DNA of 32,577 bases from IMG/VR virus record IMGVR_UViG_3300027808_000098, positions 1 to 32,577 of that record. One strand, written 5' to 3'. The stretch is from a virus (Duplodnaviria > Caudoviricetes). This document shows, one piece after another, positions 17,784 to 26,430 of this stretch. The notes beneath the pieces are model-generated. The model did not search any database, had not been told where the DNA came from, and saw only the letters and a program-made list of their open reading frames with translations. Numbering within the stretch: the first letter of the stretch is position 1; each line of letters starts with the position of its first letter. The position numbers and the translations under genes are program-made.

Positions 17784-18194
17784 CTAGTTACTAGATTTTC
17801 TAACTGTAATACCGTACTCGCGCATCACGCTTACACCGGGGGGCAGCCCATCACCTTCGTTCTCGGCCATGAACTGCTTGAAGTTGCCTTGGTGGATACG
17901 CTTCTCAAAAAGTTCTAATGCTTCGTTCTCTAACACAAACTTCCTAAAGTTATCCCAATCTTGGCAGAAGAACCGCTCGTTAAGCTTTCGCATGACGGTC
18001 CCGTTCGTTGTACGGATGCTATCTGCGCTGATGGTATTGCACACATCGAGCAACACCGCCTCTAGCTTAGCCGAGTCTTCCTTCAGCTTCGCGTCTTTGG
18101 CTTCGTACTCACGCAAGAGACTATCTCGCTCTGTACGGATCGCCAAGTAAGCGTTGACTACCTCTTCTGTATTCACGTTACTCATAGACTTCAT
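17784..18194 (-). CDS. Conserved phage replication-module protein (N-terminal coiled coil)
   Basis: SIRTTNGTV..DWDNF..FEKRI..LPPGV pattern; AGGAG upstream; alternative start at 18185. Confidence 0.6.
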   Translation of the reverse strand: MKSMSNVNTEEVVNAYLAIRTERDSLLREYEAKDAKLKEDSAKLEAVLLDVCNTISADSIRTTNGTVMRKLNERFFCQDWDNFRKFVLENEALELFEKRIHQGNFKQFMAENEGDGLPPGVSVMREYGITVRKSSN

Positions 18195-19767
18195 TCAACT
18201 CCTGTTTATATAGATCAACTAGTTTTTGATGGCTATCAACTTTGCCCTGAAGCATCCGGTACATCTTCCGTTCTACTTCCGAGCCTTGCAGATGCACGAC
18301 GGTCATGTTGTTCTTCTGTCCAACACGGTCGATGCGTGCGATGCACTGCAGGTACGTCTCTACGCTCATTACGGGGGCCCAAAAAACTACCGTGTCCGCT
18401 GCCGTCAGCGTGATGCCGTGTGCAGCAGATTGCGGTTGAACAACCAAGACGCGGGGGGATTCTTGTGTCTGAAACCGGTCGATGATCTGCGACCGTTCAC
18501 GAGCGGGGACTGAACCTTGTATGACTTCACAACTGATATGCTCACTGTTTAGGAACTTGGTAACTACACCAATAGTGTGCAGGTACGATACGAATACTAC
18601 AACTTTGTTTAACGTTTCGTCTAGTACTTCCTTTAAAGCATTCAGCCGAGGAGATACGTCGAGCTCCAAAGTCTGACCGTTGTCCGTGTACACGGCACCG
18701 CCGCTGATCTGAAGCAGTTTGTTGAGGGCAGAGGCTGCATTGACTGCGCTGATCTGCTCGCCTGCAGTCTCGATCAATAGCTGTGATTTCAAATGCTTAT
18801 AGATTGCTTGTGCCTGTGGCGTCAAGGCAACGTCGCGTGTTTGGTATACAACAGGCGGTAGGTCAAGGCATTCTTTCTTGGTATAGCGGATGGCAGGTTG
18901 CAGCGCCTCATGCACAACTTCCTGTGCTTGTAGTCTAGGGATCCAACGAAACCGGCTAGCCTGATACATCACGCGATCCCGCCAAGCTCCCGTGAATTTT
19001 GGGACTCGCTGCGGACTGACCAATTTAGCTAGTCCGAACGCATCCACAGGAGACTGCGCCGCCGGGGTGCCGGTCATCATCCACAGTCGAGTGCTTGGCT
19101 GAAGCAGTTTGGCTAGCGTTTTCCAACGTTTAGTCGTTGCGGACTTGTAGGCGTTGGCCTCGTCTACGATGATCAGATCGAACTTACCGTGTAGCTCGTT
19201 TGCAACCGTGCTCACGCCATCAAAGTTAATGGCAACAAAATCGTAATCGTTATTGATTACCTTAATGCGCTTCGATACGGAGCCGTGTGCGATACCACAC
19301 TTTCTGTGCATCGCGGTCTTGAAGATGTCGTCCTGCCAAGCCGAGTACATGATCGACAAAGGGCAGATGACGAGCGCACGCTTGATAAGACCGATCTCCA
19401 TCAAGTAATCCGCAGCCCAGATAGCAGCAGAAGTCTTGCCTGTGCCTGCCTCGTTGAAGCAAAACGCCCGTTGTCTGAGCGATAAGAACGATGCTGTGTC
19501 TCGTTGGTGCTCGAAAGGCTTGTGTATACCGGGCCACGTGTAGTCACGCAGCATCGGAGATGGCACGCTAGGTACGTCTAACTTCGGCCCCTCTGCATCG
19601 AGGAACGCCGCGAGCGTTGCCGCTTCGTTATACCCCCAGTACAGTAGGATGTCTTTCCAATCGCCATGATTTTCGACGAGCCGACTCTTCTCAACTACGC
19701 CAAGCGTCATATCCGCTACCCTTGCGGGGAGCATGGCACGGATCGCTGTGTTGTCTATCACTTGCAT
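18178..19767 (-). CDS. SNF2-family (SF2) DNA helicase
   Basis: Q-motif PFEHQ, Walker A EAGTGKT, IVDEA, MTGTP, HGITLTAA and ARIDRVGQ. Confidence 0.92.
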   Translation of the reverse strand: MQVIDNTAIRAMLPARVADMTLGVVEKSRLVENHGDWKDILLYWGYNEAATLAAFLDAEGPKLDVPSVPSPMLRDYTWPGIHKPFEHQRDTASFLSLRQRAFCFNEAGTGKTSAAIWAADYLMEIGLIKRALVICPLSIMYSAWQDDIFKTAMHRKCGIAHGSVSKRIKVINNDYDFVAINFDGVSTVANELHGKFDLIIVDEANAYKSATTKRWKTLAKLLQPSTRLWMMTGTPAAQSPVDAFGLAKLVSPQRVPKFTGAWRDRVMYQASRFRWIPRLQAQEVVHEALQPAIRYTKKECLDLPPVVYQTRDVALTPQAQAIYKHLKSQLLIETAGEQISAVNAASALNKLLQISGGAVYTDNGQTLELDVSPRLNALKEVLDETLNKVVVFVSYLHTIGVVTKFLNSEHISCEVIQGSVPARERSQIIDRFQTQESPRVLVVQPQSAAHGITLTAADTVVFWAPVMSVETYLQCIARIDRVGQKNNMTVVHLQGSEVERKMYRMLQGKVDSHQKLVDLYKQELNEVYE

Positions 19768-19788
19768 AACTAGTTCTCACTATGTAAG

Positions 19789-19938
19789 GCCCGTCTCGTG
19801 GGCTAGACGGCGTAGGCTCAGCCGGAAAAAACGAGGTGTTTGAACTGCCCTACACTGACACGGTTAGTGCTTCAATAATTCAGCACGGGGAGGAGGTAAA
19901 AGCCCCCTATCCTGTACACTCGTGCCTTGTACGGATCA
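19789..19938 (-). ncRNA. Candidate structured cis-regulatory RNA in the helicase leader
   Basis: Only long intergenic gap in the replication module; five hand-identified stems plus a possible pseudoknot (see findings). No family recognised. Confidence 0.4.
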
Positions 19939-20592
19939 TCATCTTTCCTTGTGAAACTCGCAGCTGTTCACCGGGCACCATCCGCAGAGCGGCGTAGCCC
20001 GAGCAGGCCAAGAGTCATTGATGAACGACAGCTCAAGCCGCTTCAATGTCGGCGCGAATACCTGCCACAGTTTTGGTATGTCTTCTCGTCTATACGCTTC
20101 AGACACAAACGAATTGTGTGCGATAAACAGTAGCCCCGCCTTGATGTGCTCTACTTCGGGGAAGTGCATGAACGTCATCAACCCCATCAGCTTCAACTGC
20201 TTCGGGTCCGGGTACCGGTTGCTCCCGGTCTTGTAGTCCACGATGTACGCCTGCGTGTCGTCAACCACAAGCAAGTCCACGACACCCCGAACCCAATAGT
20301 CCGGCGAGTCAAACTCACACGGCACCTTCTCTGCGGTCAGTGCCATCTTGTACTCAGTATACTGAGTGCCCGGCGTCTCGCGCAGTACATCAAGCATGGG
20401 CTTGAACCGCTCATAGTTCTTCGCAAGCGGCGTGCCATCCTTGACGTAATCCTCGCAAGCTTTGTGGACAGCGGTGCCGTACAGCATCTGCTCCGTGGCT
20501 TTCTTCACGAAGTTCTGCCGGATTTTGACCTCGTGGTACTGCCTCGGGCAGTTGTCAAAGTCTTTAAGACCACTGAATGACCACTTAATCAT
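19939..20592 (-). CDS. PD-(D/E)XK exonuclease (Cas4/RecB-like)
   Basis: WSFS..FDNCPRQY, GTAVH, GVVDLL, IVDYKTG, QLKLM, C-terminal LCGWCPVNSC. Start at MIKW (20592) gives an ATGA-type overlap. Confidence 0.88.
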   Translation of the reverse strand: MIKWSFSGLKDFDNCPRQYHEVKIRQNFVKKATEQMLYGTAVHKACEDYVKDGTPLAKNYERFKPMLDVLRETPGTQYTEYKMALTAEKVPCEFDSPDYWVRGVVDLLVVDDTQAYIVDYKTGSNRYPDPKQLKLMGLMTFMHFPEVEHIKAGLLFIAHNSFVSEAYRREDIPKLWQVFAPTLKRLELSFINDSWPARATPLCGWCPVNSCEFHKER

Positions 20593-21065
20593 ATAATTGG
20601 GAATGTCAGGCAAGGGGATATGTCTATGTATGCGTTAGCACGTACTACCGTGCCACCATTTATAGTCGCTTGTGTCTCAGTGTTTTCAACGCGTACCTTC
20701 GGCAAAACTTTACCCTCGCTGTCAGTCAGTGTAATAAATATACCTATGGGTTCATCTAACAAGTACACGATCCCGTAAAACGGGGTGCGTAGCCTTTTGC
20801 TTATCTCGGCACCGTCCAATAGTTTTTGATACGTAAGAATCCATTCGTCTCCCCATTTGTGCATCTTAGCCACGTCAGCCTTACGGCACTTGGACTCAAA
20901 CACCCCACACAATACACCGTCGTTGACAATAAATCCGTCCACCTGTGCTGGTTGATTTTTATCAGTTTCAATTACAGAGTAATTTGTAGCCGCGCAAAAA
21001 GACGCAAGAAGTTTACGTTCTTGCTCTAGCGACTCCTGTCCTTTAGGGGTAAAAATATCCATCAA
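20589..21065 (-). CDS. Putative small PD-(D/E)XK endonuclease
   Basis: VDGFIV....VFESKCR fits the D...E-x-K catalytic pattern; more AT-rich by eye than the flanking genes. Confidence 0.55.
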   Translation of the reverse strand: MMDIFTPKGQESLEQERKLLASFCAATNYSVIETDKNQPAQVDGFIVNDGVLCGVFESKCRKADVAKMHKWGDEWILTYQKLLDGAEISKRLRTPFYGIVYLLDEPIGIFITLTDSEGKVLPKVRVENTETQATINGGTVVRANAYIDISPCLTFPII

Positions 21066-22915
21066 CAGTCTCCGTACGATCTACCATACTTCGCTTCGCA
21101 CGCTACAGGTAGGCCCGGTGCCCACTCAGGAGGTGCGGACATGATCACAATCATTGCCTTCATCGCTTGCTCCAACTCGTTCTGCGGGGTTACAACCACA
21201 GCCGCGTCATGCACGGTCAGTACCGGACGCAGCCCTTGCTTCGCCAACTCTATCATTTGTTGACCGACAATGATCCGGGCAAGTGCCTGCACGATGTTCT
21301 CCACGACGGCTCCGCCCCACAATGATTGGACCCCTTTGCGTGAGGTGTAGATAAAGCCCTTCTCACCGCGCTGCAGTTTCGGATACTTAATGTACAGGCC
21401 GTTCGGTAGACGGAGGCCGTTTGGTGTGACCCATACAGCCTCATGCTGTCCCAAGGAGTACTCACGGGTACCCGTAGGCCACGCCATCAGGTGATTAAGT
21501 GCCAACTCGCACTCGTGCCACAGCTCAGGGATTTTGTAGTTCTCGTGCCGATAAAGATCGACAATGCGCTTGCACTCGTCCTCGCTCAGATCAGCGCCGG
21601 GGGGCTGGGTCTTCAGCGTGTGCCGTAACTTGGCAGCACCGGTGCCGTACCCAAGTCCGAGAATGCAGGTCTTACCAACGAAGCGTTCGACCGGGTTAGC
21701 CTTGGTGATGGGCTGCTTATAGATCTTGGACGCAAAGACGCTATACACGTCCTCGCCGTTGGCGAATTGCTTGACCACATCGTGCTGCCCTGCAAGCCAC
21801 GCCAAGACACGCGCCTCGATCTGGCTGCTATCGCAGTTGATGATGTAGTGCCCAGACGGTGCAAGCAGCGCGTTCTTAAGCGCCTTCTTGCTCTTGTCCC
21901 GACTCGGCAAGTTCTGTAAGTTCACAGAGTCCAACCCACTCCAACGGCCCGTATGTGCCCCGTAGTACTTAAGCGGGATGGGCAGTCGCCCCCGGTTCCG
22001 CGACCCGATGCCGATGAACCGCTCGATACGCGACTCCTCGATGGTGGACTTAGTACCCAGACGGACAGCGCATAGCTGTTGGATAAGTGGGTCGTCATGT
22101 TCTTGGAGCTCGATAAACGCCTCGTCGTTCTTGGCAAGGGCAAACGTCTCCTTGCCTGTCGTCAGGCTAGTCTTCTTGGGCGGGGTGACACCGTGCCGCT
22201 CAAGTTCAGCGGCGAACTGCGGGTTGCTTGCCAGACATGCCCGGACCTCCTCGACGGTCGTGACCTTCATCGCATCCATCAGACTACTGAGTAGTTCCTG
22301 CTTCTGCGCCCTGACATACTCCAGTCTATCGACCAAGAGTGCATCGTCCACCTCAATCACGGGCTGCGTGTACATACGAAGCGTCATGTCTATCAGCTTA
22401 AGTTCGTCGTTCGGAAAGTGACCCGACAGCAGAGTGCTGAACAGCTTGAAGGTAAGGTTCACGTCGTTGATGCAGTAGTGTCCGTAGGCTGCGAGTTCCT
22501 CCGGGGTAAAGTCCTGCTTGCGCTTGCCCAAAGCCTCGACCACCTCGGTGCCCTTGACCCCTAAGTTGTACCGCTCAGCCAAAGCCTTGAGTGAGCCACC
22601 TGCATCTACGCCATGTATGGCACGGGCCATGCACAGCGTGTCGTAGTACATCGCCGGAACAATCTTGTACTTCCATGCAAGGATTGCGCCATCGAACAGC
22701 ATGTTGTGGCAGAGCAGGGCTGAGTTGCCCCAGTCCAGCATGGCGAATTCTTCTGCGATGTTCTCCGTGACCCACTTGGCCGGGTTGTCATCGACCTTGA
22801 TACTTACACCAATCACTTCAAAGCGAGGATCGTTAAGGTACTCCTCGTTGGTCTGAGTGCGGAACCCAAGACCCTTGTCGTAGTACGTCTCGAAATCGAG
22901 CGTGATAAAACTCAT
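21062..22915 (-). CDS. polA: Family A DNA polymerase with 3'-5' exonuclease
   Basis: ExoI LDFETY, HNMLFD, YCIND; HTGRWSG, NLQNLP; motif A DSSQIEAR; motif B RFVGKTCILGLGYG; motif C VHDA. Confidence 0.95.
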   Translation of the reverse strand: MSFITLDFETYYDKGLGFRTQTNEEYLNDPRFEVIGVSIKVDDNPAKWVTENIAEEFAMLDWGNSALLCHNMLFDGAILAWKYKIVPAMYYDTLCMARAIHGVDAGGSLKALAERYNLGVKGTEVVEALGKRKQDFTPEELAAYGHYCINDVNLTFKLFSTLLSGHFPNDELKLIDMTLRMYTQPVIEVDDALLVDRLEYVRAQKQELLSSLMDAMKVTTVEEVRACLASNPQFAAELERHGVTPPKKTSLTTGKETFALAKNDEAFIELQEHDDPLIQQLCAVRLGTKSTIEESRIERFIGIGSRNRGRLPIPLKYYGAHTGRWSGLDSVNLQNLPSRDKSKKALKNALLAPSGHYIINCDSSQIEARVLAWLAGQHDVVKQFANGEDVYSVFASKIYKQPITKANPVERFVGKTCILGLGYGTGAAKLRHTLKTQPPGADLSEDECKRIVDLYRHENYKIPELWHECELALNHLMAWPTGTREYSLGQHEAVWVTPNGLRLPNGLYIKYPKLQRGEKGFIYTSRKGVQSLWGGAVVENIVQALARIIVGQQMIELAKQGLRPVLTVHDAAVVVTPQNELEQAMKAMIVIMSAPPEWAPGLPVACEAKYGRSYGDC

Positions 22916-23940
22916 GCTTGTGCCTTCGGAATATTGTATTCCTTCTCCACAACGCCCTTCTCTTTGTTACCCACGAAACATGACCTGACGAAAGTCTGTG
23001 TGCCTGCAGATAAAGTACGTAGGTGCGCTCGTCTGAAGTGATATCTGGGGCCGTCTTTATCAGACCCAACCCTGCTACCTAAAGTTTCTTTCACTGTACC
23101 CGTAGGCAACTTGAGAACATGGTACTCAAACCCGCCTACACCTTTCTTCTCGAAAGTGCGTGAGCGTGTATATGACTTTTCTTTTCTAGCCTCAAGAGTC
23201 GCGCCGACACGTAACGAATGACAGGCTTGTACAACTGCATCTAAACCGGACAGATTGATGGACAGCGCGTTTTGTATATCTTCTCCAATTTCTGACTCTT
23301 GTACAGTTTCACCGTATTCTTTCTTTACCGCAGGCTCTTTTGTGAATATGTCTATCAGATTTAAATTAGTAACCTGTCCACCGTTTACATCATGGAAGTG
23401 TAGAGGTATCAATGTACTGACGTAGTGTTTAAGCAGAGTCCAACGCAATTCACGGTTATTCTCGCCATAAAAACCATTACCATACCGCGCTAAAGGTATT
23501 GCGGTAAGAGGGTCGCGCTTGTATGGTATGTCTATATCAACCCCACCCTTGGTATAAAATCCTCTGTCGTAAGTAGCTGAAAGTTTATGGTCTAGAGCCA
23601 CTACTAGGATAGCATCCGGCGCGTAATACGATTCAGCCCACTCAGTATCGGGGTCAGCGAAATAGTATTTGTTGATCGGATACTCAAATGTTGTGACCAA
23701 GTGCGGCATAACGCCAGACGATACGCACTCCTCTTGCGTAAACTCCTTGTACTTATCCCTGTAAATTTCTCCGTTCATCGGCAGCACGATGTGCGCCGCA
23801 CTACGTATCAGTTCCGCAATGCTTCCATATGTGCTTCCATATATGTGTCCCTCCTGCTCAAAAAGATGCTTAAGTATTTCAAAATCTCTGACCGCCTCAG
23901 CGGCAAACTGTGGAAGATAATCTTTTTCTACTACACTCAT
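22912..23940 (-). CDS. Hypothetical protein with C-terminal PRxHxRRxHxR motif
   Basis: 342 aa, ATGA-coupled on both sides; C-terminal GPRYHFRRAHLR...FVRSCFVG. Confidence 0.7.
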   Translation of the reverse strand: MSVVEKDYLPQFAAEAVRDFEILKHLFEQEGHIYGSTYGSIAELIRSAAHIVLPMNGEIYRDKYKEFTQEECVSSGVMPHLVTTFEYPINKYYFADPDTEWAESYYAPDAILVVALDHKLSATYDRGFYTKGGVDIDIPYKRDPLTAIPLARYGNGFYGENNRELRWTLLKHYVSTLIPLHFHDVNGGQVTNLNLIDIFTKEPAVKKEYGETVQESEIGEDIQNALSINLSGLDAVVQACHSLRVGATLEARKEKSYTRSRTFEKKGVGGFEYHVLKLPTGTVKETLGSRVGSDKDGPRYHFRRAHLRTLSAGTQTFVRSCFVGNKEKGVVEKEYNIPKAQA

Positions 23941-24479
23941 GGGTCAACGCTCCATATCTCTGTCTGCCGCTGCAACTTAGGCCACGCAACCTCGGTCGTG
24001 AAAGACTTATCCTTCACAAGAACATGGTTTGTTGGCTGCGCCGTGAATCTGCCGTTGTCTAACTTGACGAAATAAAACTCTTTGGATTGCTCTGGCTCTA
24101 GGCTGAACCCATCAAGCATAGGTATCGCTGTGAACATATACCGACCTTCATGCTCTGTCTTGTCTCGTAATTTTACTCGCATCGGCATGGCTTCAAGAAA
24201 CGGATACTCCACTACACTGAATTGGTGCCCGTAGCAGTCCCAAGTTTGAGCGTCCCACGGTTCCCACCCTACGTCGTTAACCCTGTGCGCCATGTGATGA
24301 AGCGGCACGTTACGATATACCGCTCCGCACTCCAACATAACGTGACACCCCCACGTTTTACCGGGATGACTGACCAGACCAAACCACGCCACACGCTCCC
24401 AATCATCGTTGCCAAAAACGTTTGGTTCTACGTAGCAATATGTATGTCGGGGTAACGGCCCCGCACCTGAGTAAATCAT
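23937..24479 (-). CDS. Conserved hypothetical phage protein
   Basis: 180 aa, ATGA-coupled; GAVYRNVPLH, QTWDCYG and LDNGRFTAQPTN motifs. Confidence 0.7.
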   Translation of the reverse strand: MIYSGAGPLPRHTYCYVEPNVFGNDDWERVAWFGLVSHPGKTWGCHVMLECGAVYRNVPLHHMAHRVNDVGWEPWDAQTWDCYGHQFSVVEYPFLEAMPMRVKLRDKTEHEGRYMFTAIPMLDGFSLEPEQSKEFYFVKLDNGRFTAQPTNHVLVKDKSFTTEVAWPKLQRQTEIWSVDP

Positions 24480-24673
24480 TTTGTCACCACCTCATTTAAC
24501 TTGGGTTTACCCGCACCTTGTAGCCACCCCTTAGGGGTCGATGAATACCCTGCGGCTTTCAACTCTTCCTCAGTGCGACACCGCCCACCTATCAGGCGAT
24601 GAATTCTTATAGATTCAGGACTAGCAAACAAATGCCAACACTCGCTACACCTTCTTTCGCGTTTTAGCTTCAC
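24476..24673 (-). CDS. Small putative zinc-binding protein
   Basis: CSEC...F...IHR..GGRC arrangement of Cys/His ligands; GTG start. Confidence 0.55.
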   Translation of the reverse strand: MKLKRERRCSECWHLFASPESIRIHRLIGGRCRTEEELKAAGYSSTPKGWLQGAGKPKLNEVVTK

Positions 24674-24836
24674 TCTTCAACCTCTGGTTCTCTGCACGTA
24701 GCCGCTTGATCTCGTCGTGGCATGCCCAGAGAACGCTGCCTACGGTCAAGAACTTGAACTCGGTCGTGGTTCCGGAGTTGTTGATCTCACCCGGCAACTC
24801 CCGGATCAGGTCAAGGATGTCTTCTTCAGTTCCCAT
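24645..24836 (-). CDS. Hypothetical protein with C-terminal coiled coil
   Basis: MGTEEDILDL...ACHDEIKRLRAENQRL; GGAG upstream. Confidence 0.55.
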   Translation of the reverse strand: MGTEEDILDLIRELPGEINNSGTTTEFKFLTVGSVLWACHDEIKRLRAENQRLKSEAKTRKKV

Positions 24837-24837
24837 C

Positions 24838-25095
24838 TCACTCCCCCCTCGCACGAATAGCAGCGGCGCAGTCTACTGCCCAGTTCGTGATCGGGTCGCC
24901 GTACTCCGTGTATCCGTCACAGATTTTTGCACACGCCTCACGCTCATGTGCGGCAACGAGGGCTGCGAAACGCTCGGCCGCAGCGTTTTGGAAATAAATT
25001 GTTTCAATTTGGGGAAGTCTAAAATCGAACGGGTTTTCGTTAGGAACCTCAATTACCGCCTCTTGCACCAATAGGATGATTTTTTCGCGTGTCAT
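24838..25095 (-). CDS. Small phage hypothetical protein (EREACA family)
   Basis: FAALVAAHEREACAKIC...CAAAIRARG motif common in proteobacterial phages; GGAGG RBS and ATGA overlap at 25092-25095. Confidence 0.7.
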   Translation of the reverse strand: MTREKIILLVQEAVIEVPNENPFDFRLPQIETIYFQNAAAERFAALVAAHEREACAKICDGYTEYGDPITNWAVDCAAAIRARGE

Positions 25096-25274
25096 GTCTT
25101 GTCCTCCTTCAGCGCGGCGTCGAGCACAGCAATCGCAGACCAGATAGGGCGTAGCGGTTCGCATTCATCACAATCCAACTCACCGCAATCGTCGTCGGAA
25201 AAGCAGACAAGAATGTACAGCTCACCGCGCATATTCTCGATCACAGCGCGGGGCAGGGTGATTGTGTCGGTCAT
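25092..25274 (-). CDS. Small hypothetical protein (Cys-rich)
   Basis: MTDTITLPRAVIE start, CDEC motif, GAGGAGG RBS, ATGA coupling. Confidence 0.6.
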   Translation of the reverse strand: MTDTITLPRAVIENMRGELYILVCFSDDDCGELDCDECEPLRPIWSAIAVLDAALKEDKT

Positions 25275-25450
25275 GACAGCACCTCCTCAAACCTAAACCA
25301 CTCGCAGATTTGATCAATCACCGCTTCCTCGACCGCCTCGGCAATCGCCTCGTGAGTCGGTGCCGGGTTGTGCTTGTAAACGCGCCGGATGCCAACCGCA
25401 ACGCCGGTTTCGACGGCCATCCTCATCACCTTGTATGCGTCGGGGGTCAC
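25271..25450 (-). CDS. Small hypothetical protein (59 aa, absent from ORF track)
   Basis: Manual translation from GTG: MTPDAYKVMRMAVETGVAVGIRRVYKHNPAPTHEAIAEAVEEAVIDQICEWFRFEEVLS; fills the gap with 4-nt overlaps. Confidence 0.65.
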   Translation of the reverse strand: MTPDAYKVMRMAVETGVAVGIRRVYKHNPAPTHEAIAEAVEEAVIDQICEWFRFEEVLS

Positions 25451-25659
25451 GATTGCCTGTCCATCCGTTCCATCTCGCTGCTCAAGGTTTCCAAGTCAGT
25501 ACGCAGACTGTCGATTACAAGACGCAGCTCATCTAACTCCTTGGCGTATACGGCGCACCGCTCACGCAGTTGCCGTGTCTCCCGGCGGTACTCATCTGAA
25601 GTATGTGACACCTTGTCCCACTCGTCGTCGAACATATCGGCTTGATAATGTAGAGGCAT
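25447..25659 (-). CDS. Small coiled-coil protein
   Basis: 70 aa with a heptad-like pattern; AGGAG RBS. Confidence 0.6.
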   Translation of the reverse strand: MPLHYQADMFDDEWDKVSHTSDEYRRETRQLRERCAVYAKELDELRLVIDSLRTDLETLSSEMERMDRQS

Positions 25660-25661
25660 GG

Positions 25662-25901
25662 CTACTCTCCTACTAATCTAATTGCGAACAGTGAAAAGAC
25701 GAGGAACGCCAACAGACTGATGCCTAGCGTGACGCTTAAAAAAGTATGTGTCTTATTTGCATCTGCTAGCTCACGGCGCACTGCGTTCAGTTCAAGGTCT
25801 TTGCGGAAGAGCGAATCTTTGAGATGTCCATTCTCTCGCACAAGGTCCCGTATCTGTTTATCAAGGCGGTCCTTTAGGAACTCCATAGTTTTATCGTTCA
25901 C
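25662..25901 (-). CDS. Coiled-coil protein with C-terminal transmembrane anchor
   Basis: GTG start at 25901 overlaps the upstream stop; C-terminal FLSVTLGISLLAFLVFSLFAI. Confidence 0.6.
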   Translation of the reverse strand: MNDKTMEFLKDRLDKQIRDLVRENGHLKDSLFRKDLELNAVRRELADANKTHTFLSVTLGISLLAFLVFSLFAIRLVGE

Positions 25902-26020
25902 CAGTATTCCCCCCCTGCTCGCTTGCGGGAACAGGCCCAGTTGGGTGGCGGCACCCGGCTCCATGCGTAGTGAGCCTCGTGTTCACGATGCTTCCACCAG
26001 TTAATTAATGCACGGATCAT
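25898..26020 (-). CDS. Small Trp-rich hypothetical protein (40 aa, absent from ORF track)
   Basis: Manual translation MIRALINWWKHREHEAHYAWSRVPPPNWACSRKRAGGEYW; 4-nt overlaps at both ends. Confidence 0.5.
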   Translation of the reverse strand: MIRALINWWKHREHEAHYAWSRVPPPNWACSRKRAGGEYW

Positions 26021-26430
26021 GCGCCCTTCCTCGCGTCAATCTCGCGCTGCAAGTACCACACGGCTTTCTCCAAGTCCTGCACGGGATCGGAGTTCTTCTT
26101 ACCGGCGCGGCTGATGTACTTGATGGCGTTGCCCAAACGGAAGTTCAGGTCTTTGGCCTCGATAAAGTCGATGACTTCGATACCACCATCACGATAGTGC
26201 GGTGGATGATTCACAAGGTCTGGCTTTTTGTACAGAGCTTCAACCCTCTTGATGTACCCCTTCTCAGCCTTCACCACCTTCGGGTCGTGGTTACGCTCGA
26301 CTTGTAGCTTCTGAGCGCCCTTCCGTCGCACCGTGCGTATATATTTCTTGTCAGCGCCAATAGTTTTGGCGATATAATCCACGCTCTTACCCTTCGCCAA
26401 AAACCGAAGGATCTTTGTATTCATAAACAT
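26017..26430 (-). CDS. DUF3310 (T7 gp1.7/SaV-like) protein with N-terminal HTH-like segment
   Basis: DLVNHPPHY..GGIEVIDFI...GNAIKYISRAGKK...DLEKAVWYL is the DUF3310 signature; N-terminal KGKSVDYIAKTIGADKKYI. Confidence 0.85.
   Translation of the reverse strand: MFMNTKILRFLAKGKSVDYIAKTIGADKKYIRTVRRKGAQKLQVERNHDPKVVKAEKGYIKRVEALYKKPDLVNHPPHYRDGGIEVIDFIEAKDLNFRLGNAIKYISRAGKKNSDPVQDLEKAVWYLQREIDARKGA

Noticed and set aside
19768-19938. tRNA, hammerhead or pistol ribozyme, SAM-V or ZTP riboswitch
   Set aside because: No cloverleaf or T-loop, and the conserved core nucleotides of these families could not be matched by eye; kept only as an unclassified structured RNA candidate.
19939-20592. cas4 as part of a CRISPR system
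   Set aside because: Cas4-like PD-(D/E)XK exonucleases are routine in phage replication modules; no cas1/cas2 or array is present.
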